From an uncultured Spirochaetota bacterium (GTDB lineage Bacteria; Spirochaetota; Brevinematia; Brevinematales; JAOACQ01), in the NCBI GenBank assembly GCA_963783575.1, contig CAWAOD010000011.1, positions 574,661 through 638,660 of the forward strand: a stretch of DNA of 64,000 bases, written 5' to 3'. The notes under the pieces are model-generated. The model worked only from the letters and a program-made list of their open reading frames with translations. It made no database searches and was not told where the DNA came from. Of the stretch, positions 9,460-19,789 are shown in pieces. Position numbers and translations under genes: made by a program. Position 1 is the stretch's first letter. Each line of letters begins with the position of its first letter.

Positions 9460-10422
9460 TTATTCTTTAACTGAACCCAATTTGAAATTATTTATAAGGT
9501 TTATAAGAGCTATTTTACTATTGACACCTGTTTTTTTATAGATGCTGTAAGCATAATTTTTGATTGTTCCGGCAGAAATAAATAGTTTATTTCCGATCTC
9601 ATTATAATTCATACCTCTTAGTATCATAGTCAATACTTCAGTTTCCCTTTCTGTGATCTCAAAATTCTTAATAAATTCTCCGGATAAATTGATACTGGAT
9701 AAGTTAGTAAATGGATCCATTTTTTTAAAAAAATCTTTTATGCTGTAAATTAAACTTATAATGCTCCATGAAAAATAGAATACCGGCATAAGATTAAAAT
9801 TTCTGGGAAATAATTTCAACTTAACCTGAAAAATTTTCCAATAGCCGTCAACTATAAAAGCCGGGAAAAAAATTATTCCTAATATAAGGATGGTTTTTAA
9901 AATCTTTCTTATCTCAATATCTTGTATGGTTTTTAAATTCTTAATAATAAGTAATATAATATATATAATCTCAATGTATAATATATTTAAATAAATTGAA
10001 TAGAATTCATAACAAATCAAATCAAACGTTTTGTATTGATCTCCGCCGGCAAAATAAGGTATTAACAGCATTATGACAGGAAGCAAAGTAATAGAACCGA
10101 AAAACACTTTTTTCTTTCCTGAAAATGTTTTCCCTATTAACAAATGCAGAGTATATGGAATTATATAGATCAGTGCTCCGTCAATAAGGAAAAATAGCAT
10201 AGTGAATAATATTTCCAGATATATATTCTGATATGAAATAATTGTAAATATATAAAAATAGAATGTATAAGTTACAATTAAAATAGTTAATAGTATGAGA
10301 AAAATTAAATAATATTTAGCGATCTTTTTTTTTGTTATAAAATATATTATCAATGTGGAAATTATTGCGGCAAAACCGGCAGTAAAGGTTATAATATAAT
10401 AAAATACGATAAGATGCTTCAT
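9460..10422 (-). CDS. Membrane-anchored LuxR-family transcriptional regulator
   Basis: About 7 hydrophobic segments, then ITERETEVL...EIGNKLFISAGTIKNYAYSIYKKTGV HTH. Confidence 0.88.
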   Translation of the reverse strand: MKHLIVFYYIITFTAGFAAIISTLIIYFITKKKIAKYYLIFLILLTILIVTYTFYFYIFTIISYQNIYLEILFTMLFFLIDGALIYIIPYTLHLLIGKTFSGKKKVFFGSITLLPVIMLLIPYFAGGDQYKTFDLICYEFYSIYLNILYIEIIYIILLIIKNLKTIQDIEIRKILKTILILGIIFFPAFIVDGYWKIFQVKLKLFPRNFNLMPVFYFSWSIISLIYSIKDFFKKMDPFTNLSSINLSGEFIKNFEITERETEVLTMILRGMNYNEIGNKLFISAGTIKNYAYSIYKKTGVNSKIALINLINNFKLGSVKE

Positions 10423-10836
10423 ATAACTTATTAACTCCGGTATATTAATTACTAAGTTTTATAAATAATTCAGCATTGATCAATATTTTGTTTTGAAGAT
10501 AATTATATAGATAATTCTATATTATAAATATAATTTCTGTCAAGATTAAATCAAAAAAGTTAATTGATAATTTGCAAAAAAGTTTCCAGATAAATTTAAG
10601 GTTCCATGTATTTTCATTAAGAATTTTACTATAACTTGATTAGTAATTAATATATTATTAAAGTATAATATTTTAGTATAATAAAAATAAAATTGAAAAT
10701 TTAAATCCCATTCTCAATGTAAATATTTGTTTTATTAATAAATTTGCAATCATATTTGAATATATAAAGAATTATAATTTGCTTTATTGGATTATTTAAT
10801 ATAAATTTGTATGGAAATTTATAGGAGGCTGTAATT

Positions 10837-12531
10837 ATGAGATTAATGATTAAGGATGATGTTTCAATTGTTCTGGCCGGTGAAGCAGGGCAGGGGCTGC
10901 AGTCAATTGAAGCTATTCTGATAAAGGTTTTGAAAAAAAACGGATATAATGTTTTTTCAACAAAGGAATATATGTCCAGGGTCAGGGGCGGAATTAATTC
11001 CACAGAGATTAGGGTTTCGTCTGAAAGGGTAGCATCTTTTGTCGAACGGATAGACATTCTTATTGTTTTGAACCAGGATGGGATCAATCATTTAAAGAAT
11101 AGGATTTCAGAAAACACTTTGGTGATCGGTGAAAAAGAAAAAATAAATTACAGCAGGATTACGGATATTCCGCTTACTAAAATTGCCATAGATGTCGGAA
11201 ACGCTATTTATTCCAACTCGGTTGCAGCGGGGCTTATTTGTGGATTATTTGATACGGATCTGGAAATAGCGAAAAATGTCATCAGCCAATATTTCAGCGG
11301 AAAATCAGCCGAAATCCGGGATTACAATTATCTTGCCCTTGAAAAAGGTTTTAATCTTGCCAAAACTATGTTTAAAGGTATAATAGATATAAACATACAA
11401 AAAAATCAGGATATAACCGGTGAAACTATAATGAGTGCATCGGAAGCAATTGCTTTAGGAGCTCTTGCCGGCGGATGCAGTTACGCCTGCGGATACCCGA
11501 TGACACCTTCAACCGGCATTCTGGCAAATCTCGCGGCATATTCGAAATCGGTTGATTTGATTGTCGAACAGGTGGAAGATGAGATAGGTGTTATCAATAT
11601 GGCGCTTGGCGCGTGGTATGCCGGGGCCAGAGCAATAGCCGCGACTGCAGGCGGCGGTTTTGCCTTGATGGGCGAAGGAGTTAGCCTCTGCGGTATGATC
11701 GAATCGCCGCTTGTTGTCAGCGTAGGACAAAGGCCTGCCCCTGCGACCGGGCTTCCGACAAGAACAGAACAGGGAGATCTGAATTTAATTCTTTATGCGG
11801 GGCATGGCACTTTTCCAAGGATTATTTTTGCTCCGGGGGACATAAAAGAAGCGTTTTATCTTACACAGAAAGCTTTTAATCTGGCCGAAAAATACCAGGT
11901 TCCTGTATTTATTCTATCGGATCAATATCTTGTTGACTGTTATTATAACAACCCTGAATTTGAAACCGGGCAGTTAAAAATAGAGAAATCCATTATCAAA
12001 ACAGAGACTGGGTATAAAAGATTCCTTTTTTCTGAAAATGGTTTATCTTCAAGAGGTATACCGGGTTATGGAGAAGGCCTGGTTTGTATAGACAGTGATG
12101 AACATGATGAAGAAGGCCGCATTACAGAGGATTTTGAAGTAAGAAAAAGAATGGTGGATAAAAGGATGTCCAAAATAAGCTTAATTAAGAATGAAATTAT
12201 TGAACCGAGCTTTTTCGGTAATGATAATTTCAGGACCCTTATAATTTCATGGGGATCGAATTTAAATACGATTCTTGAAGCCATGAAGGTTCTGAAAGCG
12301 GATGACATTGCTTTCCTTCATTATTCACAGCTTTATCCTTTCCCGGAGAATTCAGGAAAAATACTAAAGAAGGCTAAAAAATTGATTCTTATTGAAAATA
12401 ATGTTAATGCTCAATTCGGACAACTTGTATTGGTTTCAACCGGGATTGAAATTCCTGACAGGATTCTGAAATACGACGGAATGCCTTTCTCTGTTGAAGA
12501 AATTGTTGAAAAAATAAGTCAAATAATATAG
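10837..12531 (+). CDS. 2-oxoacid:acceptor (ferredoxin) oxidoreductase alpha subunit
   Basis: GEAGQG, GYPMTPS, EDEI, ATAGGGFALM, QRPAPATGLPTRTEQGDL. Confidence 0.93.
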   Translation: MRLMIKDDVSIVLAGEAGQGLQSIEAILIKVLKKNGYNVFSTKEYMSRVRGGINSTEIRVSSERVASFVERIDILIVLNQDGINHLKNRISENTLVIGEKEKINYSRITDIPLTKIAIDVGNAIYSNSVAAGLICGLFDTDLEIAKNVISQYFSGKSAEIRDYNYLALEKGFNLAKTMFKGIIDINIQKNQDITGETIMSASEAIALGALAGGCSYACGYPMTPSTGILANLAAYSKSVDLIVEQVEDEIGVINMALGAWYAGARAIAATAGGGFALMGEGVSLCGMIESPLVVSVGQRPAPATGLPTRTEQGDLNLILYAGHGTFPRIIFAPGDIKEAFYLTQKAFNLAEKYQVPVFILSDQYLVDCYYNNPEFETGQLKIEKSIIKTETGYKRFLFSENGLSSRGIPGYGEGLVCIDSDEHDEEGRITEDFEVRKRMVDKRMSKISLIKNEIIEPSFFGNDNFRTLIISWGSNLNTILEAMKVLKADDIAFLHYSQLYPFPENSGKILKKAKKLILIENNVNAQFGQLVLVSTGIEIPDRILKYDGMPFSVEEIVEKISQII

Positions 12532-12540
12532 GAGCGGATT

Positions 12541-13403
12541 ATGGGAAATAATAGTTTTGAATTAGAGAATATTGATATTGCCTGGTGCCCGGGGTGCGGT
12601 AATTTTGGGATAAGGAAAACAATAATTGCAACGCTTGAAGAATTGAATCTGAAACCTCAAAATGTCGTAATGACTTCAGGGATAGGACAGGCTGCAAAAA
12701 TGCCCCAATATATTAACTTAAATTATTTTAACGGGCTGCATGGCAGGTCAATACCTCCCGCAACAGCGATAAAGGCCAGTAATCCCGAATTGACAGTGAT
12801 CGCGGAAGGAGGTGACGGCGATATGTACGGTGAGGGGGGAATCATTTTATCCATGCCATACGGCGGAATCCGGATATAACAATCATTGTTCATGACAATA
12901 TGGTTTACGGCCTTACAAAAGGCCAGGCTGCCCCAACGACTATGATTGGGATGGAAACGCCGGTGCAGGTGTTCGGTGTTTTTGAGGAGCCGCTTAATCC
13001 TATCGCGCTATCAGTTTCAATGGACGCTTCATTTGTCGCCAGGGCTTTTTCCGGCGATATCGATAAAACAAAAGAAATCATAAAAAAGGCGATTCTTCAT
13101 AAAGGATTGTCGGTTGTCGATATTTATCAGCCATGCGTTTCATTCAACAAATTGAACACATTCAAATGGTTCAAAGACCATATCTATTACCTGGAGGACA
13201 GTTATGACCCATACAACAGGGTCAATGCCTTCGGAAGGGCAGTTGAGGAAGATCCGCTGCCCCTGGGGATTTTTTATATTAATGATAAAAAGAAAACATT
13301 TGAAGAAAACCAGAGAATATACTTGAATAGCCGGACACCGCTTTATAAAAGAGAAAGAAATCTTAAAGAAATTAATGATTTAATAAACAATTATTATAAA
13401 TAA
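12541..13403 (+). CDS. 2-oxoacid:ferredoxin oxidoreductase beta subunit (one frameshift at ~12834-12841)
   Basis: WCPGCGNF and GGDGD TPP motif. Adding one base at GGGGGGAATC restores [33 protein letters not shown], joining the two track ORFs. Confidence 0.88.
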
Positions 13404-13442
13404 TTGTACAAAACTATTGTTATATAACAGAAGGAGCTGCTG

Positions 13443-16082
13443 ATGAATAGATTTTTGGAAGTCAAAAAAGATCTATACTGGGTAGGAGCATTAAACCCGG
13501 AATTAAGGGTTTTTGATGTGGTTATGTATACCCCGTACGGAACAACATATAATTCATACATCTTAAAAGGCAGTGATAAGATTGTTTTGTTTGAAACAGT
13601 GAAGGAAAAGTATTATGATGAATTTGTTGAAAAAATTGAGTCCTGCATAGGCAAGGCTCCGGTTGATTATATTGTATTGAATCACACCGAACCTGATCAT
13701 TCCGGTGCCGCGTACAGGTTATGGAAGGAAAAGTATCCGGGCGTAAAAATTATTGGAACAAAAACAAGCGCTATGTTTTTTAAAAAGATTTCCAATGCCG
13801 GTGAGGGTCCGGAACAAATTACTGTGACAGATGAAACCGTAATTGATACTGGGGGTTATACATTACATTTTATACAGGCACCGTTTCTTCACTGGCCTGA
13901 TACGATGTTTACATACATTCCGGAAATGGAAACCCTTGTGACCTGTGATTTTTTAGGAATGCATTACTGCGATGAAAGGATATTTAATGATTTTACCGGT
14001 TGGATTGAAGGAAAGTATCTAGAATCTTATAAATATTATTTTGATATGATTATGGGACCATTCAAACAGCATGTAAGGAATGCTCTGAAAAAAATATCCC
14101 AATTGAAAATCACAACTGTTTGCACAGGGCATGGGCCTGTCATCCGCGAAAATATAGAGCAATATATCAGGTATTATGATGAATGGTCGAAAGAAGTAGA
14201 AATCATAGATCAGGTTGTTATACCTTATGTTTCCGCTTACGGTTATACAAGGGGTATGGCCGTACAAATAGCTTCAGGCATTGAGTCAACAGGGAAGTTG
14301 AAATCAATTCTAATAGATTTGACTGATCAAGGGCATGGAGGTAGCGATAAGGATAAAATAAAGCAAGCGATTAATGAAATTTCAATATCAAAAGCATTTC
14401 TCCTGGGAACGCCTACAATAGTCGGTGATGCTCTATCACCCGTATGGGAAGTCGCGGTTTCACTTAACCCGTTTATTCATGCGGGGAAAAAAGCCGGCGT
14501 TTTCGGAAGTTACGGCTGGTCTGGCGAAGGCACACGCAATATTGAGGAGAGATTAAAACAGTTACGTTTCCAAATTCCTCTACCAGCATTAAAAGTAAAC
14601 TTTAAACCGTCTGAAAAAGAATTAAAGGATTGTTTTGATTATGGAGTTAAATTCGCAAAAGCAGTGATGGGAGAAAACATTGTAACGGATGTTCAGAGAG
14701 AAGCTCAAAAAACCGCCTCAATAGAAAAGCCGGTGCAAAAAGGGATCAGAAGATGGAAATGCCTTGTCTGCGGTGAAGTTTTCGATGGGTTGGAACCTCC
14801 GGATATCTGCCCGGCGTGCGGCGCAAAAAAAGAAATGTTTGTTCCCGCAGAGGAAGAAAAAATTAAAGCAAGCGATTTCAAAGGCAGGATTGTAATAATT
14901 GGCGGTGGAGCCGCATCCGATTCCGCGATACGTTTTATCCGCGATCACAATTCCGAAGCTTTGATTACTCTTATCTGTGCCGAAAAATACATGCCTTATT
15001 ACAGGCCTATGCTTTCGGATTATTTATCCGATGAAAATATCGCCAATCAGTCGAAATTTTATCTTCATCCTGAATCATGGTATATTGAGAGAGGAATCGA
15101 ACTTAGACTTGGAGAGAAGGCAGTTAAAATAAATACGAATGATAAAATTATACTAACGGAAAAAAATAATCCTTACAATTATGATCGTCTTATTCTTGCA
15201 CATGGAAGCTACCCTTTCATCCCTGTTAATAATGCGCTTTCATTAAAGGGAGTATTTTGTCTGAGAAGTTTTGATGACGCAAAGGCGATAGCCGAAAAGG
15301 TAAAAAATTCAAAAAAAGCCGTTGTAGTCGGAGGCGGGATACTTGGCCTTGAAATCGTTTCGGCATTGATTGATAAAGGGCTTTCAGTCAGTGTTATCGA
15401 GTTTCTCAATCGTATTATGCCCGTTCAGCTTGATCCTGAGGGTTCCGAATTATTTGAAAAAATTATCCGCAATCTGAATATTGATCTTTATCTGGGAAAA
15501 GCTGTAAAGGAATTAACCGGAGACAATAATAATAAGGTTACAGGAGTTGTTCTTTCAAGCGGTGAAGAACTGCCTGCCGAGTTAGTCGTATTCAGTTCCG
15601 GGGTCAGGCCAAATATTGATATTGCAAAAGATGCCGGTATTGCAGTAAATAAAGGAATTTTAGTAAATGAAAGAATGCAGACAAATTATCACGACATTTA
15701 TGCCTGCGGTGATATCGCAGAATTTGGAGGTAGAAATTTTGCGCTCTGGATGCCGGCAATACAGCAGGGAAAGATTGCTGGAGCTAACGCTATCGGGATT
15801 GAAATGGAATATAAGATAGAAGAGGCCGCGGCTCTCCTGAGTGCATTTGGTACCAATATTTACTCGGCAGGCGATATAGTAAAAATTGCTGTTAAAGATA
15901 GTGTTGAATATCAGCAGCTTTCATTTATGGATAAGGCTGCCAATAAATATAAAAAACTATTTTTGTCGAACGGTAAATTATGCGGAGGGATTTTATTGGG
16001 CGATATATCCGCATCACTTAAACTTATGAATGGAATTAATAACAAAGTTGATTTTATTGAAGCAATAAAAATAATCGGGTAA
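13443..16082 (+). CDS. fprA: Multidomain flavodiiron protein (MBL + flavodoxin + rubredoxin-like + NAD(P)H:rubredoxin oxidoreductase)
   Basis: HTEPDHSG, LHWPD, flavodoxin SAYGYT/GSYGWSGE, WKCLVCG..CPACG, then two Rossmann motifs and IYACGD. Confidence 0.9.
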   Translation: MNRFLEVKKDLYWVGALNPELRVFDVVMYTPYGTTYNSYILKGSDKIVLFETVKEKYYDEFVEKIESCIGKAPVDYIVLNHTEPDHSGAAYRLWKEKYPGVKIIGTKTSAMFFKKISNAGEGPEQITVTDETVIDTGGYTLHFIQAPFLHWPDTMFTYIPEMETLVTCDFLGMHYCDERIFNDFTGWIEGKYLESYKYYFDMIMGPFKQHVRNALKKISQLKITTVCTGHGPVIRENIEQYIRYYDEWSKEVEIIDQVVIPYVSAYGYTRGMAVQIASGIESTGKLKSILIDLTDQGHGGSDKDKIKQAINEISISKAFLLGTPTIVGDALSPVWEVAVSLNPFIHAGKKAGVFGSYGWSGEGTRNIEERLKQLRFQIPLPALKVNFKPSEKELKDCFDYGVKFAKAVMGENIVTDVQREAQKTASIEKPVQKGIRRWKCLVCGEVFDGLEPPDICPACGAKKEMFVPAEEEKIKASDFKGRIVIIGGGAASDSAIRFIRDHNSEALITLICAEKYMPYYRPMLSDYLSDENIANQSKFYLHPESWYIERGIELRLGEKAVKINTNDKIILTEKNNPYNYDRLILAHGSYPFIPVNNALSLKGVFCLRSFDDAKAIAEKVKNSKKAVVVGGGILGLEIVSALIDKGLSVSVIEFLNRIMPVQLDPEGSELFEKIIRNLNIDLYLGKAVKELTGDNNNKVTGVVLSSGEELPAELVVFSSGVRPNIDIAKDAGIAVNKGILVNERMQTNYHDIYACGDIAEFGGRNFALWMPAIQQGKIAGANAIGIEMEYKIEEAAALLSAFGTNIYSAGDIVKIAVKDSVEYQQLSFMDKAANKYKKLFLSNGKLCGGILLGDISASLKLMNGINNKVDFIEAIKIIG

Positions 16083-16116
16083 ATTAAAGATAGAAATAAT
16101 TATTAAGGAGAATGCT

Positions 16117-16674
16117 ATGGCTGTAAAGAAGACTGAATTAAAGCCGATAAAAAAAGTAAAAATGAAAAGAAGAATCGGAAGGGACGATACGCTTGTTTCC
16201 GCGTCGATGCTGAATGAAGCGGTTGGAAGAATACTCAGTAAAACAAAACTCGACCGGGCATGGGACATTCCTTATCTTGCCGGATACAGCCGTGATTTTA
16301 AAACAATTTATATTGACAGGCATCTGCCGAAAACACTTGAAACCGGCGGTAAAAGATATTCAGTCGATCCGTTTTTAATCCTTCATGAATCGGTTGAGAA
16401 ATCCCTTATCGATGAGATTCATCTTGTTTATCAGCATGCTCATCAAATCGCTTTGCGAGCCGAAGAAGCCGCAGTCAGGGCTTCCGGGATTTCCTGGAAG
16501 GAATATGACCGTTTTATGCAGAAACATATCAAGAGCGCAGGGCATGAAAATTTAAAGAGAATTCCTCCTGATCTCGATATTAAACCATATCATGATGAAG
16601 AAGATACCGCTCTATTGAAAAAGATGCAGGATGTTATCCGAAGAGAAATTAAAAAAAATAAAATCGCAAAATAA
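16117..16674 (+). CDS. Hypothetical protein, possible zinc-binding metallohydrolase
   Basis: AGGAG RBS; LHESVE and HAHQIA motifs. Confidence 0.7.
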   Translation: MAVKKTELKPIKKVKMKRRIGRDDTLVSASMLNEAVGRILSKTKLDRAWDIPYLAGYSRDFKTIYIDRHLPKTLETGGKRYSVDPFLILHESVEKSLIDEIHLVYQHAHQIALRAEEAAVRASGISWKEYDRFMQKHIKSAGHENLKRIPPDLDIKPYHDEEDTALLKKMQDVIRREIKKNKIAK

Positions 16675-16695
16675 CCCAGTTTTATTTTCCTGCTA

Positions 16696-18546
16696 TTATT
16701 CAACAGTTACACTTTTTGCAAGATTCCTGGGTTTATCGACATCAAGTGATTTTTCACGGGCAATATAATAAGCTAAAAGCTGGAGCGGTATTACATTAAT
16801 AATTGGCGAGTATTCTTCAATAGTCTGAGGAACAATGATAATATCGTCCACATAATCTTTGATCGCTCCGGTTTCCTCATTTGTCACGGCGATAATTCGG
16901 CCATTCCTTGCCTTAACTTCCATGATGTTGCTTACGATTTTTTCATAAAGCTGATCTTTTGGTGCTATGAAGACTATCGGCATATTTTCGTCTATTAAAG
17001 CAATCGGTCCATGCTTCATTTCTGCCGCTGGGTAACCTTCCGCATGAATATAGGATATTTCCTTCAGCTTCAATGCTCCTTCAAGCGCTATCGGATAATT
17101 GAAGCCCCTGCCCAGGTAAAGAAAGTTCCTTTCCTTACTGTACTTTTTTGCAATCTTTTTAATCTTTTCAAACTGGCTCAATACAAGTGAGATTTTGTCG
17201 GGTATTGCAGTTAATTCTTTTAATAAATTCTCTCCCTCATATAGGGGCATGTTTTTTAACCTGGCGAGGTATATGGAAAGCATTATTAATGAAACCACCT
17301 GGTTTGTAAACGCCTTTGTCGAAGCGACACCTATCTCAGGACCCGCATGGAGATAAATTCCACTGCTGCTTTCCCGTGCTATCGTGCTGCCAATAACATT
17401 GGTAAGCCCGAATACTTTCGCTCCCTTTCTTTTTGCTTCCCTGAGGGCTTCAAGCGTATCCGCAGTTTCTCCCGACTGGCTGATAACGATCACAACATTA
17501 TTTTCCTGGATTATCGGGTTCCTGTACCGGAACTCAGAAGCGTAATCAATTTCAACAGGAATTTCAGCGAATCTCTCAATCAAATACTTTCCTATTATTC
17601 CGGCATGCCAGCTTGTACCGCAAGCAGTTATAATAACCTTACTAATCTGGCGGGCCTGGCTTTCACTAATATCAAGGCCTCCGAATTTAACCGTCCCTTC
17701 GGAAACTATAACCCTCCCGCGAAGAGCTGTATTGACAGCCTCAGGCTGTTCAAATATCTCTTTAAGCATATAGGTCTCAAAACCGTTTTTAGAAATTGCT
17801 TCAACATCCCAATCAATTACCGATATGTTCTTCTCGATTTTTTCATAATTCAAATCGTATGTTTTGAACATTTCTTCTTCGGATTTAATAACCACTACTT
17901 CCCCGTCTTCCATATAAACAACATTTTTTGTATAGGGCATAATTGCGTTAACATCGGAGGCGAGGAACATTTCATGCTCACCCATTCCAACAACCAAAGG
18001 GCTTCCGTTTCTGGCCCCGACAATTTTATACGGTTCATCAATGGAAATTACAGCGATTCCATATGTTCCATCAACAAGCTTTAACGCTTCCATAACGGCA
18101 GACTGAAGGTTCTGCTTTTTTTCGCTGTAAGCCTGTTCGATTAAATGGACAAGAATCTCGGTGTCTGTTTCAGATTTGAATATATGTCCTTTTTTTATAA
18201 GTAGTTCTTTCAACACCCTGTAATTCTCAATAATTCCATTATGAACAAGGGTTATTTTATTTCCGCAATCACAATGGGGATGAGAGTTTTCCTGAGTAAC
18301 TCCGCCATGAGTTGCCCAGCGTGTGTGCCCGATACCTAAATTGCTTTTTATCTCATGAAGGTTTTTATTTACCAGATTCCTTAAATTATTGATCCTGCCG
18401 ACATCTTTTTGTATTTTTAAGGAATTATCTTTCGCTATGATAGCTATGCCTGCAGAATCATAACCTCTGTATTCGAGCCGTTGAAGCGATTCCAGAAGTA
18501 TTTCTTTAGCATCCCTATTTCCAATATAACCTATAATACCGCACAT
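16696..18546 (-). CDS. glmS: Glutamine--fructose-6-phosphate aminotransferase
   Basis: MCGIIG N-terminus, GHTRWATHG, SQSGETADT, PRNLAKSVTVE C-terminus. Confidence 0.98.
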   Translation of the reverse strand: MCGIIGYIGNRDAKEILLESLQRLEYRGYDSAGIAIIAKDNSLKIQKDVGRINNLRNLVNKNLHEIKSNLGIGHTRWATHGGVTQENSHPHCDCGNKITLVHNGIIENYRVLKELLIKKGHIFKSETDTEILVHLIEQAYSEKKQNLQSAVMEALKLVDGTYGIAVISIDEPYKIVGARNGSPLVVGMGEHEMFLASDVNAIMPYTKNVVYMEDGEVVVIKSEEEMFKTYDLNYEKIEKNISVIDWDVEAISKNGFETYMLKEIFEQPEAVNTALRGRVIVSEGTVKFGGLDISESQARQISKVIITACGTSWHAGIIGKYLIERFAEIPVEIDYASEFRYRNPIIQENNVVIVISQSGETADTLEALREAKRKGAKVFGLTNVIGSTIARESSSGIYLHAGPEIGVASTKAFTNQVVSLIMLSIYLARLKNMPLYEGENLLKELTAIPDKISLVLSQFEKIKKIAKKYSKERNFLYLGRGFNYPIALEGALKLKEISYIHAEGYPAAEMKHGPIALIDENMPIVFIAPKDQLYEKIVSNIMEVKARNGRIIAVTNEETGAIKDYVDDIIIVPQTIEEYSPIINVIPLQLLAYYIAREKSLDVDKPRNLAKSVTVE

Positions 18547-18611
18547 ATTAACTCCTCAGGGTCTGTATTTTCATATATTATAATCTATCATAACAACATT
18601 GAATTTTAAAC

Positions 18612-19748
18612 TAGTGCTTAATTGCGTAAGTTAACGATAGTATTTCTTAATTGAGAACCTTTCACTTCCCGTTTTCTCCACACAAAAGGTTTTGCGGTTT
18701 CAGTGTATGCTTTAACAAATGCATCTATTGCTTCTCTCAATTCTTCCGTGTTTTTAAAACTGGCGCCTCTAAGAGCTTTTCGGCTCATAATACCAAACCA
18801 TATTTCCACCTGATTTAACCAACTTGCCGAAGTAGGCGTGTAATGAAAAAAAACATTCTTATTCCGGGATAACCATTCATCGTTCTTTTTGTGAATACAA
18901 TAATTGTCTAAAATTACATGAATTTCTTTATCTTTTGAAACATCTACCACCACTCTATCCATAAACTCAAGAAATTCAATACGTCTTTTGTATTCAGTAG
19001 TTTGGGTGTGTATTAACCCTGTAGCTACTTCCAGCGCAGCAAATAGGTTCAGCGTTCCATTTCTTTTATATGTACTTTTGTATCCTCTTACAATTTTTCC
19101 ATTATCCGTCTCTACATAGCCGGTTGTCCTTTCCAACGCTTGAATACCAGGTTTTTCGTCTACAGATATAACCAATGCATTCATCGGCGGATTTAAATAC
19201 AACCCAATAATATTTGTGGCTTTTGTCGAAAATTCAGGATCAGTGCTGACACACCAACTTCGCTGTCGGGATAAGCAAATTCCTTCTTTTCTTAAAACCC
19301 TCCATACCGCATGCGTTGATGTGTTTAAATGTTTTGCTAAAGCCGGACCATCCCAAATTGCCTGCCCGATAGGCGGTGTTTTTTCCAGAGTTTCTAAAAC
19401 TTTGTCCCTGAAATTCTGCCCATATATTTTTGGCTTTCCTGACCTGGGCAGATCATACAATCCATCAATTCCTTTTTGCTGAAATCTTTTTTTCCAATCA
19501 ATAACCGTATTTGGTCTTATGTGAAGGTCAGCCGCAATCTCAGATACATTTTGTCCTTTCAGGCTATTGACAATTATTTTCGCCCTCTCTACAAGTCGCG
19601 CTTCCATAGTTCGGCTTCTCACCCAACTATCAAGAATAATTTCATCCGCTTTGGTGCATGTTATAACTTGCGTTTTCTTAGACATACAACCTCCTTTTTT
19701 ATGTCTAAGATTATAATTAATAACGCTTATTATTGCAATTAAGCACTA
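18612..19748 (-). mobile_element. IS630-family insertion sequence with flanking TA duplication
   Basis: Terminal inverted repeats (TA)GTGCTTAATTGC at 18612-18625 and GCAATTAAGCAC(TA) at 19735-19748. The reconstructed empty site is ACTAGT, matching the CTAG/TA preference of IS630. Confidence 0.92.
18618..19685 (-). CDS. IS630-family DDE transposase
   Basis: N-terminal HTH, SVDEK, ILDNYCIHK, TPTSASWLNQVEIWF. The stop codon lies inside the inverted repeat. Confidence 0.95.
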   Translation of the reverse strand: MSKKTQVITCTKADEIILDSWVRSRTMEARLVERAKIIVNSLKGQNVSEIAADLHIRPNTVIDWKKRFQQKGIDGLYDLPRSGKPKIYGQNFRDKVLETLEKTPPIGQAIWDGPALAKHLNTSTHAVWRVLRKEGICLSRQRSWCVSTDPEFSTKATNIIGLYLNPPMNALVISVDEKPGIQALERTTGYVETDNGKIVRGYKSTYKRNGTLNLFAALEVATGLIHTQTTEYKRRIEFLEFMDRVVVDVSKDKEIHVILDNYCIHKKNDEWLSRNKNVFFHYTPTSASWLNQVEIWFGIMSRKALRGASFKNTEELREAIDAFVKAYTETAKPFVWRKREVKGSQLRNTIVNLRN

Positions 19749-19789
19749 GTATTTGCTTTTCCATATAAACTGATATCAAAGCAATATTT

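Noticed and set aside
12834..12841. Programmed frameshift or phase variation in the oxidoreductase beta subunit
   Set aside because: The tract is short (G6) and similar single-base breaks occur in many unrelated genes, so sequencing error is more parsimonious.
17347..18084. 245-aa plus-strand ORF, and similar antisense ORFs over fliD, folD, ppk1, hsdM and hsdR
   Set aside because: Shadow frames of well-supported genes on the opposite strand, with no recognisable motifs.
18547..18611. glmS ribozyme upstream of glmS
   Set aside because: Only about 65 bp of AT-rich sequence before the IS, and no recognisable ribozyme core on either side of it.
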